DNA of 64,000 bases from an uncultured delta proteobacterium (lineage in GTDB: Bacteria; Myxococcota_A; Polyangia; Polyangiales; Polyangiaceae), in assembly GCA_963716725.1 (NCBI GenBank), contig CAVQUB010000033.1:32001-96000 (forward strand), given 5' to 3'. Numbering within the stretch: position 1 is the stretch's first letter; every line of letters begins with the position of its first letter. Position numbers and translations under genes: made by a program. Below are positions 40,848 through 51,995 of this stretch, one piece after another. Below the pieces are notes generated by a model that saw only the letters and a list, made by a program, of their open reading frames with translations, searched no databases and was not told the DNA's origin.

Positions 40848-41791
40848 TCTTCGAAGGACATGGGCAGATCCAAGCGAGGCTCGCGGGGGAAGCACTCGCG
40901 AACCAGCACTCGCGCGCCGGGCGCAGCGATGCGGGCGCGGTCGAAGCGGGTCGGAAAGTAGTTGAGTTGGAGCAGCGCGGCCCCCGCCTGCTCGGCCAGC
41001 GTCGGCTGCGTGCGGATCTCGTCCCTCGCGGCCGGGTGGCGACAGGCCGAGATCACCAGCTCGATGGCGGTTGCATCCCAGACCGTGGGCTCGGGGTCGG
41101 CCTCGAGGTCGTGGCCCCGGGCGGGCACCGGATCGTTGTGCTGGCGCCAGAGCGAGGGCTCGTCCCGACCCACTGGCGTGAAAGGGTCGACGTACTCGCC
41201 GTTCAGCCAGGTGTTGAAGTGCACGTGAGGGGGCGCCCAGGGAAAGCCCACGAGGGCGTCGATGCCGCTGTAGCCCGACAGCGCGATGGGCTCGCCGCGC
41301 GCGACGCGCTGCCCGGGCGTGACCAGGGCCCGGGCCAGGTGATTCGAGGTCGTCACCAGGCCGCGCCCGTGGTCGAGCATCACTTTGAGCCCGCCGCGGT
41401 GGTACTCGCTCGAGACTCGGAGCACGACGCCCGGTGCCGCGGCGAGCACGCGGGTGCCCGGAGGCACCGCGAAGTCGGTGCCGTTGTGGCTGTCGTAGGT
41501 GTTGCGCCCGCCGCGGAAGTCCTCCACGTCGGTGACGCGCACGCTCCAGCCGAGCTCGGGGGGTGGTTGTCGGTAGTTGAAGAGATTGGTGATCGGCACT
41601 CGGCGACCCATGGGACGGCGTCCGAGCCAGAGAGGCAGCGAATAGCGCGGATGGAATTGCCGCAAGCTGCTGACTCCGAAGCGGGACTTCGGAGTGGTGC
41701 CATCGCCGCGCACGACGAGCCAGGCCTCACTCAGGGTCTTTGCCCAGGGCCGCACGCCCAGGGCTTCGAGCAAAGAAACGCGCCGCTTCAT
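40817..41791 (-). CDS. M23 family metallopeptidase
   Basis: HNGTDF, AAAPGVV, SNHL, PHVHF. Confidence 0.85.
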   Translation of the reverse strand: MKRRVSLLEALGVRPWAKTLSEAWLVVRGDGTTPKSRFGVSSLRQFHPRYSLPLWLGRRPMGRRVPITNLFNYRQPPPELGWSVRVTDVEDFRGGRNTYDSHNGTDFAVPPGTRVLAAAPGVVLRVSSEYHRGGLKVMLDHGRGLVTTSNHLARALVTPGQRVARGEPIALSGYSGIDALVGFPWAPPHVHFNTWLNGEYVDPFTPVGRDEPSLWRQHNDPVPARGHDLEADPEPTVWDATAIELVISACRHPAARDEIRTQPTLAEQAGAALLQLNYFPTRFDRARIAAPGARVLVRECFPREPRLDLPMSFEDYDGVWFPDW

Positions 41792-42942
41792 CGCATCCTC
41801 TCGGGCTTCGGTCGTGCCAAGACCTCGACGTAGCTCTCGGCGCTCTTGGCCAGGTACACGCAGCTGTCGTCGACCGCGAGATCGCCCACGCCACTGCCCA
41901 TGACCACGTCGTTGACTTGGAAGAACTCGATCTCTTTGCCGCGGCCGCCGCTCAGCGGGATCTGCACCAGCGAATGGCGCATGCCGTAGGCCTCGCCGTT
42001 GAAGACGAAGAACTCCGCGCCGTCCCAGGCGAAAAAGTGGAAGGGCGTCGCGCCCCAGTCGCTGATGTTCTTGGCCTCGCCGCCGGCCTTCGGAACTCGA
42101 AATAGGCCGCCCTGGGCTTGAAAGACCAAGTCGGCGGGCTCCACGGCGATCCGACCCGGAAAGGGCCGCTTGCTCGCCAACTCGCGCAGCGCCCCGTCCT
42201 TTCGGGAGACGGCCAGGACGCGCCGCGAGGTCCAGTCGTCCATGTAGAAGTCTTCTGGAGTGATCGCGAGATCACCGTACTGACAGCCTTTGCCCGGCGT
42301 CGTGCGGGGCCAGCTCGCGCGGGAGGTGGCCTCCCCGCCGGCGCGCGGCAGACTCATCAGCTCGTCCTGCTTTTCCTTGGAGTTGCACTGCACGAACCAG
42401 AGCGACTCTTCGGCCAGCGTGATGGGACGTATCACGCCTTCGCGCAGCGTGGTGCTCGGTCCGCCCGCGAGCGGGATCTTCACCAGCGACTTACCGTGCA
42501 CGAAGTACGCGGCGTCGTCATCTAGGACCAGGTTGGGGCCCACCCGGCCGGGGCCTTTCGAGTGACCGACGACGCGCGCGCCTTCGCCGTCGCGCCCGAA
42601 GCGCTTCAGGGTCGCGGTCGCTGCCGGGACGCTGAAGGCCACCAGGTAGACGCTGCCCGCGCGTGCGGCCAACGCGCCGAACTCGCCGGCTTGGGTCCCG
42701 AGCCCGACGAGCCTCTTCTTCGTGACGGCCTTGCAGGGCAGCATCGGAGGCGGTGGCGCGGCGGTTGCGATAGCGTTCGCGCTGGTCGTTCCCGCGCCAG
42801 TCGCGGAGGGGGCGCCAGTCGCTGGTGAGGCGGTGGTGGCTGGCGAGGCGCCAGTCGCGGTGGGCGTCGCCCCGGACTCGCCTCGTGGTTTGCACGCAAC
42901 CAGGGCCGCCAGGGAGAGCCCCAGGAGGGCCGAGGCATGCAT
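41788..42942 (-). CDS. Lipoprotein with beta-propeller (DUF5050-like)
   Basis: Lipobox LVAC; repeated DDDAAYF / RVPKAGGE blades. Confidence 0.7.
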   Translation of the reverse strand: MHASALLGLSLAALVACKPRGESGATPTATGASPATTASPATGAPSATGAGTTSANAIATAAPPPPMLPCKAVTKKRLVGLGTQAGEFGALAARAGSVYLVAFSVPAATATLKRFGRDGEGARVVGHSKGPGRVGPNLVLDDDAAYFVHGKSLVKIPLAGGPSTTLREGVIRPITLAEESLWFVQCNSKEKQDELMSLPRAGGEATSRASWPRTTPGKGCQYGDLAITPEDFYMDDWTSRRVLAVSRKDGALRELASKRPFPGRIAVEPADLVFQAQGGLFRVPKAGGEAKNISDWGATPFHFFAWDGAEFFVFNGEAYGMRHSLVQIPLSGGRGKEIEFFQVNDVVMGSGVGDLAVDDSCVYLAKSAESYVEVLARPKPERMR

Positions 42943-43068
42943 GGCCGAGACCATGCCGAGATCGGCGCTTGCTCGCAACCGCGCGGGGCTGCCGCCGCTT
43001 GGCCTCGACAAAACCCAGACTGCCGCGTGGCCCTCGCTGGGGCCCTTGACCCGAGCTCCGGGTCGCCC

Positions 43069-43102
43069 TACTGAACTTTCAGAAGTTACTGAAAGTTCAG
43101 TA
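43069..43102. promoter_or_regulatory. Perfect 14-bp inverted repeat operator upstream of the men operon
   Basis: TACTGAACTTTCAG-AAGTTA-CTGAAAGTTCAGTA; TTGACC at 43046. Confidence 0.8.
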
Positions 43103-43105
43103 CGC

Positions 43106-43648
43106 ATGAGCGACTCGCTCCAGCACTCCGCTCTCTTGGCCGCCGACGCCATCGGCGACGTGATCGAGCATTGGGGGTTCCGCAAGGCCTTTGGCCGAGT
43201 CTGGACCGTGCTCTACCTCGAGGACGGGCCGCTCTCTGCCGCGGAGATCGCCGAGCGATTGAGCATGAGCGCCGGGGCCGTCTCCACCACCGTCAGCGAG
43301 CTCCAGCGCTGGGGCGTGCTCAAACGGGTGTGGCAGCCCGGGCAGCGCAAGGAGTTCTTCGAGGCGGAGACGGACTTCTGGAAGATGATCTCTCGGGTCG
43401 TCAACGAGCGGGAACGCGCGCTGGCCGAGAGCGTCAGACTGCGACTCGAGCAGGCGATCGAGGTGGCCTACGACGCGCCCCGATCTGCGCAGCGCAGTCA
43501 TGTGACCGACCGCCTCAAGCGACTGGTCTCGTTTGCGCTGGTGGGACAGACGGTCATCGATTCGTTCGTGAAGTCGCAGCGCGCCGACTTCCAGAAGTTT
43601 GGCAACCTCCTGAGCCTGGCTCGCGAGAAAGTCTCGCGCCGGCGCTGA
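43106..43648 (+). CDS. GbsR/MarR family transcriptional regulator
   Basis: WGFRKAFGRVWTVLYL..PLSAAEIAERLSMSAGAVS..ELQRWG..GQRKEFFEAETD. Confidence 0.85.
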   Translation: MSDSLQHSALLAADAIGDVIEHWGFRKAFGRVWTVLYLEDGPLSAAEIAERLSMSAGAVSTTVSELQRWGVLKRVWQPGQRKEFFEAETDFWKMISRVVNERERALAESVRLRLEQAIEVAYDAPRSAQRSHVTDRLKRLVSFALVGQTVIDSFVKSQRADFQKFGNLLSLAREKVSRRR

Positions 43649-43659
43649 AAGACAGACCC

Positions 43660-44643
43660 ATGATCGTCACGCTGGCGGACAACGCGGACGTCGACCACGT
43701 TCGACGCGAGTTGACCGGGCTCGGCCTCTGGCTCGAGGGACTCGAAGATTCCGATCGCGGCCCCGTCCAGCTGGTGGTCGGACCGGGATCGGTGGCCGTG
43801 ATTGACGCGGCGCTCTTGGCCGTGCGCGGCGTGGCGGCAGTCAGCCGAGCGAAGTCCCGGCACCCTCGGGTGGATCAGCAAGCGTCACGGCTGAAGATCG
43901 GCGCGCACGAGTTCGGCGGAGCATTGCCCACGGTGATCGCCGGGCCCTGCGCGGTCGAGAGCGAGGAACAGATCGCACGCATCGCGGCCGCGCTGGCACG
44001 ACGCGGCGTTCGCGTGCTGCGCGGCGGCGCCTTCAAGCCCCGGACGAGCCCCTACGATTTCCAGGGCTGCGGCAAGAACGCCCTGCGCTGGCTGCGTCGA
44101 GCGGCCGACGCCGAGGGCATGAGCGTCGTGACGGAGGTCATGAGTGAGCGCGACTTGGACGCCGTGGCAGCCGTCGCCGACCTCTTGCAGATCGGCTCGC
44201 GCAACATGCAGAACTTCGCGCTGCTCGAGGCCGTCGGCCGCAGCGGCAAGCCCGTGCTGCTCAAGCGCGCCATGGCCGCGACCGTGGACGAGTGGCTGAG
44301 CGCCGCGGAGTACCTGCTCGTGCACGGCGCCAGCGACGTCGTGTTCTGCGAGCGCGGGCTTCGCGGCTTTGATCGCTCGACGCGCAACCTGCTGGATTTG
44401 GGCGCGGTGGCCCTGCTGGCGCAGGTGCACGGACTCCCGGTCATCGCGGATCCCTCGCACGCCGCCGGGCGGCGCGAGTTGATCCTGCCGCTCGCTCGCG
44501 CCGCGCTGGCGGCTGGCGCTCACGGCGTGATGATCGAGGTGCACGACGATCCCGCCGCGGCTCGCAGCGACGGAGCGCAGGCGCTCGCGCCCGAGGCGCT
44601 CGACGGCTTGATGACGGAGCTGCGACCGGCGGTGGTCGGATGA
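43660..44643 (+). CDS. aroF: DAHP synthase (type I beta)
   Basis: IAGPCAVES, RGGAFKPRTSPY, QIGSRNMQNF, CERG, DPSH. Confidence 0.92.
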   Translation: MIVTLADNADVDHVRRELTGLGLWLEGLEDSDRGPVQLVVGPGSVAVIDAALLAVRGVAAVSRAKSRHPRVDQQASRLKIGAHEFGGALPTVIAGPCAVESEEQIARIAAALARRGVRVLRGGAFKPRTSPYDFQGCGKNALRWLRRAADAEGMSVVTEVMSERDLDAVAAVADLLQIGSRNMQNFALLEAVGRSGKPVLLKRAMAATVDEWLSAAEYLLVHGASDVVFCERGLRGFDRSTRNLLDLGAVALLAQVHGLPVIADPSHAAGRRELILPLARAALAAGAHGVMIEVHDDPAAARSDGAQALAPEALDGLMTELRPAVVG

Positions 44644-45353
44644 CTCCCGACCCCGGAGCCCCGGTCCTGCCGGGCAGCGGCGAGATGTTCGACGCCATCG
44701 CTGATCGCTACGATCTGCTCAACCGGATCATCTCCCTCGGCATCGACCAGCGCTGGCGGGACCAGGCGGTCCGGGCTCTGGAGGTCTCGGGCGCAGCCCG
44801 GGTGCTCGACGTAGCGACCGGCACCGGGGATCTGGCCCTGCGCATCGCGCGAGCGCTGCCCGAGGCTGAGGTCGTCGGGGTGGATCCTTCGACACGCATG
44901 CTCGAGATCGGTCGCGCGAAAGTCGAGAAGGCGGGCCGAGGTGGGCGCATCACTTTGGAGCAGGGCCGGGTGGAGTCGTTGCCCTTCGCCGACGCCAGCT
45001 TCGATGGCGTCACCATCGCCTTCGGGATCCGCAACGCCACGGATCGGGCGGGCGGGCTCCGCGAGATGAGGCGCGTGACCCGGGCGGGCGGCAGGGTGGT
45101 GGTGCTCGAGCTCGGAGAGCCGGAGGGCGGGCCCTTCGCGGGCATCGCGCGCTGGCACATCCACAGCGTCGTGCCCTGGCTGGGCGGCGCGCTCTCCGGG
45201 AGGCGCGAGTACGAGTACCTGCAACGATCCATCGCCGCGTTCCCGCCGCGCGCAGAGTTCGCCCGCATGATGTCGGACGCAGGGCTCGAAGACCTGAGCG
45301 TCGAGCCGCTCACCTTGGGCGTGGCGACGCTGTTCGTGGGGCGCGTGCCGTGA
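44640..45353 (+). CDS. menG: Demethylmenaquinone methyltransferase
   Basis: MFDAIADRYDLLN, LDVATGTGD, AFGIRN. Confidence 0.9.
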   Translation: MTPDPGAPVLPGSGEMFDAIADRYDLLNRIISLGIDQRWRDQAVRALEVSGAARVLDVATGTGDLALRIARALPEAEVVGVDPSTRMLEIGRAKVEKAGRGGRITLEQGRVESLPFADASFDGVTIAFGIRNATDRAGGLREMRRVTRAGGRVVVLELGEPEGGPFAGIARWHIHSVVPWLGGALSGRREYEYLQRSIAAFPPRAEFARMMSDAGLEDLSVEPLTLGVATLFVGRVP

Positions 45354-46681
45354 GCTTCGAGCGGGCGCTGCGCGCCGCGCGTTCGCGCTCCAGGTCGGGC
45401 GCCGACTGGGTTGCGATCACCGGCGAGGTCGAGGTCGAGCCAACGCAGGTCTCGGTAGCGCGTGGCGTCGAGTGGTCTCTCTGGGACACGCGTGATCGCG
45501 GCGATCTTCCCAGCGAAGTCTGTCTGGGCGTGGGGGCCGCGGCGGTGGTGGAGAGCTCTGGCCCGTCGCGCTTCGGCCTGGCACGAGCGGAGCTCTCCGA
45601 GCTCATGATGCGCATCGACGGCGCCGTCGAGGCTCGGGTGCGCGCGTTCGGCGGTTGCGCCTTCGAGCCGGGGTCGCTGGGACCATTCCGAGCGTTCGGG
45701 GATCTGCGCTTCGTAGTGCCACGCTGGACCTTCTCGCGGGCGGGGTCGCGGACGATGGCCACGCTCGTGACCGAGCCGAGACAGCTCGCCCTGCCGGACC
45801 CTCTGCTCCGGGAACTGGATGGATTGCTGGCTCGCCGGCCTCAGTGGAGCGCGACCGCGACTCGGGTGAGCGACGACGGGAGAGCTCGCTTCCTCCGGAC
45901 CGCGCGCGAGGCCGTGGCCAGCGTCGAGGCCCATCGAGTCGACAAGGTCGTGGTGGTGCGCCGGGTCGTGGTCGAAGGCGCGATCGAGCCGCGCCAGCTG
46001 CTGGACGCGCTCGGAGAAGAATCTTCGGTGACCCGCTTTGCACTCTCGACCTCGGAGCATTGTTTCGTGGGAGCAACCCCCGAGCTGCTCGTCGCCTGGG
46101 ACGGGCGCCTCGTTCGGAGCGAAGCGGTCGCCGGGACTCTCGCCCGAGGTCGCGATCTGCGCGAGCTTCGAGAGAGCGCCAAGGATCGACGTGAGCACGC
46201 CTACGTGGTTCGGGCCATCCACGCCGCCCTGGAGGGCGCGGGTGCGATTGTCTCGGCGGTCCGTGAGCCGGAGATCCGCAGCCTGCGCCACGTGCACCAC
46301 TGGGTGACGCCCATCGACGGGCGGCTCGGCGCCGACGTGCACGTGCTCGATTTGCTGCGGGCGCTGCACCCAACGCCGGCGGTCCTGGGCGTGCCGGCAG
46401 ACGCGGCGCGGAGCTTCTTGCGCCAGTTCGAGGGCATTGAGCGCGGTTGGTTCGCCGCGCCCGTGGGCTTCGTCGACGCGGGCGGCCGCGGGATCTTCAT
46501 GGTCGCGCTGCGCTCGGCGTTGCTGTCGCCGAGGCGAGCCTGGGTCTTCGCAGGCGCGGGCGTCGTGCGAGGCTCGGTGGCCGAGGTCGAACTCGCGGAG
46601 ACCGAGGCAAAGCTGACGACGATGCTCTCCGCGCTCGCCGCTTCGCGTCCGAGCCCGGACCAAGCACTGGGTGCACTTTGA
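45350..46681 (+). CDS. menF: Isochorismate synthase
   Basis: KVVVVR, GATPELL, AVAGT, KDRREH, LHPTPAV, RGWF. Confidence 0.88.
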   Translation: MSFERALRAARSRSRSGADWVAITGEVEVEPTQVSVARGVEWSLWDTRDRGDLPSEVCLGVGAAAVVESSGPSRFGLARAELSELMMRIDGAVEARVRAFGGCAFEPGSLGPFRAFGDLRFVVPRWTFSRAGSRTMATLVTEPRQLALPDPLLRELDGLLARRPQWSATATRVSDDGRARFLRTAREAVASVEAHRVDKVVVVRRVVVEGAIEPRQLLDALGEESSVTRFALSTSEHCFVGATPELLVAWDGRLVRSEAVAGTLARGRDLRELRESAKDRREHAYVVRAIHAALEGAGAIVSAVREPEIRSLRHVHHWVTPIDGRLGADVHVLDLLRALHPTPAVLGVPADAARSFLRQFEGIERGWFAAPVGFVDAGGRGIFMVALRSALLSPRRAWVFAGAGVVRGSVAEVELAETEAKLTTMLSALAASRPSPDQALGAL

Positions 46682-48402
46682 CCACGTCGCTGGCGACGCG
46701 ATGGGCGCGCTCCTTCATGAGCGCCCTCTGTAGCGCCGGCGTGACCTCGGTGGTCGCCAGCCCAGGTTCACGCTCGACAGCCTTGGTCTTGGCGGCGGCG
46801 GCGGAGCCTCGCCTCCGGATCGAGATGATCGTGGACGAACGGAGCGCGGCCTTCTTCGCCCTGGGCCAGGCCCGCGTCAGCGGTCGCCCCAGCGTGCTGG
46901 TGTGCACTTCCGGCAGCGCAGCGGCGCACTACTTTCCGGCCATCCTCGAGGCAGAGCGCGCGCTCTTGCCGCTGATCGCCGTGACCGCGGATCGCCCCTG
47001 GGAGCTCGGCATGTTCCACGCGAACCAAGCCTTCGACCAGACCAAGCTCTTCGGGGGGCACGTGAAGGCCAGCCTCGATTTGGGCGAACCGGACCCAGGG
47101 CGACTTCGCTACGTGTCGCGGGTCGCGGCGCTGGCCGTCCAACGGGCGACGTCTTCCGCTCCCGGTCCGGTGCATGTCAACGCGCGTTTCCGAAAGCCGC
47201 TCGAGCCCTCGGAACCCAGCTGGAATGACCTGAGCCCGGAGCCGCCCTGCATCGCGCACGCCGCGCCGGCATCGTCCTTCATCCCCGAAGCCGTCACGCA
47301 GGCGGTGAGAGGTGCCCGGCGCGGACTAGTGGTCATGGGGCCACGGCTCGGATCGTGTTGCCAGGACGAGCGCCAGCGCCGAGCTGTCGCCCGATTCGTG
47401 GTCGAACGGCGATTCTTGCTCGTGGCCGAGGTGACCAGCGGCGTTGCGCATGGGGCGACCTCTGCGCGACACGTGCTTCCGGCCTTCGACTCTTGGATCG
47501 AGCTAGCATGCGACGCGGGGGACGCTCCCGATCTGATCTTCGAGATCGGCAGCCCACCGACTTCCAGTGCCTGGGAGCGGGTGAGCCCCCGACTTGGCCG
47601 CATTGAGCGCATCGTGGTCGGGCAGTCCGGGCTGATCGATCCCACCGGCACGGCGAGCCAGGTGGTGATGGCCGATCCCGCGGGGTTTTTCGAGCGGCTC
47701 GAGACCGGCGGCGGCTGCGACGAGGCCTGGTGCGCGCGCATGACGGCGCTGGCTCAATCCGCCGAGGGCGCCCTGTCCGAGGCGCTGTCGGGCGCAATGC
47801 TGAGCGAGCCCTTCGTCGTGCGCAGCGTCATCGACAGCCTCCCGAGCGGCGCAGCTCTCGTGCTGGGCAACAGTTCGCCGGTCCGCGACGCCGAGCTGTT
47901 TGCGTCCCGATCCGAGCGCGACATCCGCGTATTGCACCAGCGCGGGCTGTCGGGGATCGACGGCTTGATCGCGGGCGCTGCCGGAGCCAGCACCGAGCTG
48001 CCCGCGGGCGTGCCGCTCGTGGCCCTGATCGGTGACGTCAGCGCGCTGCACGACGTCGGCTCGCTCGCGGTCGCGGCGCGAGTTCGAGCGCCGCTCACGC
48101 TCGTCGTGATCGACAACGGCGGCGGTCGGATCTTCTCCGAGCTCCCGGTGGCGGAGGTGATCGCCGCGACGGAGCTGGAGCGCCTGTTTCTGACGCCTCC
48201 GCCGGACTTCTTGCAGCACGCGGCCCGCGCGTTCGGGATCGCGTACGAGCGCATCGAGACCCGCGCCGCTCTGGCCGAGTCGCTGGCGCTGACTCCGGAC
48301 GGCGCTCGCCTGCTGCACGTCGTGGTGCCGCCCGATGACGGCCGCCGGCGTCGTCGCACGGCTCGCGCCGCCGTGGCGCAATTCCACGGAGCGCAGCGGT
48401 GA
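46678..48402 (+). CDS. menD: SEPHCHC synthase
   Basis: [41 protein letters not shown]. Confidence 0.92.
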   Translation: MTTSLATRWARSFMSALCSAGVTSVVASPGSRSTALVLAAAAEPRLRIEMIVDERSAAFFALGQARVSGRPSVLVCTSGSAAAHYFPAILEAERALLPLIAVTADRPWELGMFHANQAFDQTKLFGGHVKASLDLGEPDPGRLRYVSRVAALAVQRATSSAPGPVHVNARFRKPLEPSEPSWNDLSPEPPCIAHAAPASSFIPEAVTQAVRGARRGLVVMGPRLGSCCQDERQRRAVARFVVERRFLLVAEVTSGVAHGATSARHVLPAFDSWIELACDAGDAPDLIFEIGSPPTSSAWERVSPRLGRIERIVVGQSGLIDPTGTASQVVMADPAGFFERLETGGGCDEAWCARMTALAQSAEGALSEALSGAMLSEPFVVRSVIDSLPSGAALVLGNSSPVRDAELFASRSERDIRVLHQRGLSGIDGLIAGAAGASTELPAGVPLVALIGDVSALHDVGSLAVAARVRAPLTLVVIDNGGGRIFSELPVAEVIAATELERLFLTPPPDFLQHAARAFGIAYERIETRAALAESLALTPDGARLLHVVVPPDDGRRRRRTARAAVAQFHGAQR

Positions 48403-49193
48403 AGCCAAACTCGATGCTTCGGCAGGCGCGAGACGCCGCGGCCCCGCCGCTGGTGCTCTTGCACGGCTTCATGGGAGCGCCCGCGTCGTGGTCGAGCGTG
48501 GTCGAGGCGTTGACGCACGCGGGCGCCGTGCATGCGCCTCTGCTCGCGGGTCACGGCTGCCCGCCTCGGGCCTTGCCTCGCGCTTTCTGGGACGTCGTGG
48601 ACCAGTTGGCCGCGGAGCTGCCCGCGCAGTTCCACCTGGTCGGCTACTCGCTCGGTGGGCGACTCGCCCTGGGCCTCGCATGCCGCCATCCAACGCGCTG
48701 TCTGGGTCTGGTTGCCGTCGGCGCTCACCCCGGGATGGCAGTGCCCGAGCGAGCCGCCCGGGTGCGCTGGGAAGACGAGCGAGCGCTCGCGCTCGAGACC
48801 CAGGGACTGCCGGCTTTCGTCGACGGGTGGGAGGCGTTGCCCCTGTTTGCTTCTCAGGCCGCCTTGCCCACGGCGACGCGCCGGGCGCAGCGGCGCATTC
48901 GCGAGGCCCACGACGCCGGCGCGCTGGCGCAGGTGCTGCGCGTGCTCGGCACCGGCCGCATGCCAGAGCTCGAGCTCGAAGAGTGCCGTGCGCCGATAGT
49001 CTTGGTCAGCGGAGAATACGACCCGAGCGATGCCGCGGCCGCGGCGGTGGCGCGAATGCCGCGCGCCCGGCACGTCACGCTGCCGGGCGTCGGCCACAAC
49101 CCCCTGATCGAAGCGCCGGAACGTCTGGCGCGGCTCATCGACGAAAGCTGCGGAGTCGGCTCCGAAGCTCGAACATTGGAGAATCACGCATGA
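48399..49193 (+). CDS. menH: SHCHC synthase
   Basis: LHGFMG, GYSLGGR, GHNP; position in operon. Confidence 0.85.
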   Translation: MKPNSMLRQARDAAAPPLVLLHGFMGAPASWSSVVEALTHAGAVHAPLLAGHGCPPRALPRAFWDVVDQLAAELPAQFHLVGYSLGGRLALGLACRHPTRCLGLVAVGAHPGMAVPERAARVRWEDERALALETQGLPAFVDGWEALPLFASQAALPTATRRAQRRIREAHDAGALAQVLRVLGTGRMPELELEECRAPIVLVSGEYDPSDAAAAAVARMPRARHVTLPGVGHNPLIEAPERLARLIDESCGVGSEARTLENHA

Positions 49194-50011
49194 CACTACC
49201 GAATTGGCAGAGGGCCGCCGGCTTCGAAGACGTGGTCTACGAGACCGCCGAAGGCATGGCAAAGATCAGCATCAACCGTCCGGAGGTGCACAACGCCTTC
49301 CGCCCCCAGACCATCAAAGAGCTGATGCGCGCCTTCGAGGCGGCTCGCGAAGATCCCGAGGTCGGGGTGGTGATCTTGACGGGAGTCGGCGACCGGGCGT
49401 TTTGTTCCGGTGGCGATCAGCGCGTTCGCGGCGACGCCGGCTACGTCGGCGCCGACGGCGTGCCGCGGCTCAACGTGCTGGATCTCCAGCGGCAGATCCG
49501 CACCTTGCCCAAGCCCGTCGTGGCAATGGTGGCCGGCTTCGCCATCGGGGGCGGTCACGTGCTGCACGTCGTCTGCGATCTGACCATCGCCGCGGACAAC
49601 GCGCGTTTCGGTCAGACGGGTCCCAAGGTCGGGAGCTTCGATGGCGGCTACGGCGCGTCGTATCTGGCTCGGATCGTGGGCCAAAAGAAGGCACGCGAGA
49701 TCTGGTTCCTGTGCCGTCAATACGACGCCCAGGCGGCACTGAGCATGGGACTGGTCAACGCGGTCGTTCCCCTCGAGCGACTCGAAGAAGAGACCGTGAG
49801 CTGGTGTCGTGAGATGTTGGAGCTCAGCCCGCTGGCGCTGCGTTGCCTCAAGGCTTCGCTGAACGCCGACTGCGATGGTCAAGCGGGCCTTCAAGAGCTG
49901 GCAGGCAACGCCACGCTGCTCTTCTACATGACCGCCGAAGGGCAAGAAGGGAAGAACGCCTTCCTCGAGCGTCGCAAGCCCGAGTTTGGGAAGTTCGGAC
50001 GCCTGCCGTGA
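49190..50011 (+). CDS. menB: 1,4-dihydroxy-2-naphthoyl-CoA synthase
   Basis: [31 protein letters not shown]. Confidence 0.97.
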   Translation: MTLPNWQRAAGFEDVVYETAEGMAKISINRPEVHNAFRPQTIKELMRAFEAAREDPEVGVVILTGVGDRAFCSGGDQRVRGDAGYVGADGVPRLNVLDLQRQIRTLPKPVVAMVAGFAIGGGHVLHVVCDLTIAADNARFGQTGPKVGSFDGGYGASYLARIVGQKKAREIWFLCRQYDAQAALSMGLVNAVVPLERLEEETVSWCREMLELSPLALRCLKASLNADCDGQAGLQELAGNATLLFYMTAEGQEGKNAFLERRKPEFGKFGRLP

Positions 50012-50937
50012 ATCCTGGGGAGCAGGCGGAGAGCTTCGCGGGCCCGGCGCTGCCCGAACCGGGCAGCATGGGCGCTTGGCTCATGGCGGCGCGGCCCCAG
50101 ACGCTGCCCGTGGCGGTGGCGCCGGTGTGCGTCGGTATTGCCTTGGCGAGTGCGGCGGGCCGTGTGCGCCTTGGACCCGCGCTGGCGGCGCTCTTGGGCG
50201 CTCTGTTGATTCAGATCGGGACCAACTTTGCCAATGACGTGTTCGACCACGAGAAGGGCGCGGACAGCCACGACCGTCTCGGCCCGGCCCGGGCGGCGGA
50301 GCGTGGGCTCTTGTCGGCGCGGGCACTCAAGCAGGCGATGGCGCTGGCCTTTGCCTGCGCGGTTCTGGTCGGTGTCTACCTGACCCAGATCGGCGGGTTG
50401 CCCATCGTGGTCATCGGACTCGCGTCCATTCTCAGCGGCGTCGTCTACACGGGGGGGCCCTTTCCGCTGGGCTACCACGGTCTGGGTGATCTGTTCGTGC
50501 TGGTCTTCTTCGGCTTCGTCGCGGTCTGCGGCACGACCTGGGTGACGGCGGGCATGCTGCCGCCGGCCGCCTGGGTCGCCAGCATCTCGGTCGGCGCGCT
50601 GGCGACCGCGGTGCTGGTCGTCAACAACGCGCGGGACGTCGTGACTGACCGTCGCGCGGGCAAGCACACCCTGGTGGTGCATTTCGGCCGGCGTTTTGCC
50701 AGCTTCGAATACGCGCTGCTGGTGGCCTCGGCCTACCTCGCGCCGCTGGCGATGGTCGGGCTCGGGCTCGCGCACCCCAGCGTGCTGCTCAGCTGGCTGA
50801 GCCTGCCTTGGGCCATCTGGCTGTGCCGCGCGTTCGCCAAGCGTCACGGTCGAGAACTGGGCCCGCTGCTGCCCGCCACGGCTCGGCTGCTGTTGGCTCA
50901 CAGCGCGCTGTTCGCGCTGGGCATCGCTCTCCGATGA
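50008..50937 (+). CDS. menA: DHNA polyprenyltransferase
   Basis: [25 protein letters not shown]...GK.TL. Confidence 0.92.
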   Translation: MNPGEQAESFAGPALPEPGSMGAWLMAARPQTLPVAVAPVCVGIALASAAGRVRLGPALAALLGALLIQIGTNFANDVFDHEKGADSHDRLGPARAAERGLLSARALKQAMALAFACAVLVGVYLTQIGGLPIVVIGLASILSGVVYTGGPFPLGYHGLGDLFVLVFFGFVAVCGTTWVTAGMLPPAAWVASISVGALATAVLVVNNARDVVTDRRAGKHTLVVHFGRRFASFEYALLVASAYLAPLAMVGLGLAHPSVLLSWLSLPWAIWLCRAFAKRHGRELGPLLPATARLLLAHSALFALGIALR

Positions 50938-51995
50938 GCCGAAGCTTCTCTTGGCACGTCGAGGCCTGGGGCGGCGCGACGACCGGAGTCGCCAGCGCTC
51001 GCCGCGCCTTTGATCGTCGCGACGGGCTGCTGGTGGGTCTTCGCGATGCCGACGGAGCGCTCAGCTTCGGCGAGGCCACACCGCTGCCGGGCTTCGGTCA
51101 CGACCAGCTGGAGGACGCACGTCGCGAGTTGGAGCCGGGTCGACTGCCGGCGCCGGTCGACGACGTGGCGGGCGTGCAGGCGGCGATATCGAGCTTCCGA
51201 TCTGCCAGCGCGCGCTTTGCCGTCGAGGTCGCGCTGCTCGGGCGCTTGGCCCGGCTCCGCGGGCTCTCACTCTCGGAGCTGCTCGGCGCCACCGCGACCA
51301 CGGCCTCGCGCAGCGTGCTGGTCGGCTCGCTGGCGGACGACGAATTCATCGAGGCCTCGCGCACCGCGGCACGCCGGGGCGCCCGAGCCGTCAAGCTCAA
51401 GGCGACGGGCAACGATCTCGCGGAAGAGGCGCGGCGCCTCACAGAGCTCGGCCGAGCCCTCGGTCCCGAGGTCGCCCTGCGCCTGGATCTCAACGGCGCC
51501 CTCGACGTCTCCGGGGCGCGCGTCGCCCTTGGCGTGTACGCCCGCGCCAAGGTCGAGCTCTGCGAAGAGCCCTGCGCTGGCGAGGCGCTGTTGTCGCTCG
51601 AAGACTGCGCGATTCCGTGGTTCGCGGACGAGTCGGCGCACTCCGATGAGTTGTTTGGGCGATTCGTCGCGCATCCGAGCTGCTCCGGCGTCGTGCTGAA
51701 GCCCACGGTCGTCGGCGGACTCGGTCGATCGCTGGTCCGAGCCCGAGACCTGCGCCGGGCCGGCAAGGACGCGCTGGTGACGCACGCCTTCGAGGGACCG
51801 GTGGCCCTCGCCGCCGTCGCGGAGCTCGCGCTGGCCGTTGGAGGAAGCCGCGCGCATGGCGTCGATCGACACGCTGCGCTCGGCGCCTTCCCCCATGCCG
51901 AGCTGCCGCAGCTCCCGCACCAGGGACGCCCCCTGTCCGTGATCCGTGCGCAGGCCCCGAGCATGGTCGAGTGGGAGGGCTCCTGGACGCACTGA
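50934..51995 (+). CDS. menC: o-succinylbenzoate synthase
   Basis: GEATPLPGF, KLK, LRLDLNG, EEP, ADES, VLKP. Confidence 0.85.
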   Translation: MSRSFSWHVEAWGGATTGVASARRAFDRRDGLLVGLRDADGALSFGEATPLPGFGHDQLEDARRELEPGRLPAPVDDVAGVQAAISSFRSASARFAVEVALLGRLARLRGLSLSELLGATATTASRSVLVGSLADDEFIEASRTAARRGARAVKLKATGNDLAEEARRLTELGRALGPEVALRLDLNGALDVSGARVALGVYARAKVELCEEPCAGEALLSLEDCAIPWFADESAHSDELFGRFVAHPSCSGVVLKPTVVGGLGRSLVRARDLRRAGKDALVTHAFEGPVALAAVAELALAVGGSRAHGVDRHAALGAFPHAELPQLPHQGRPLSVIRAQAPSMVEWEGSWTH

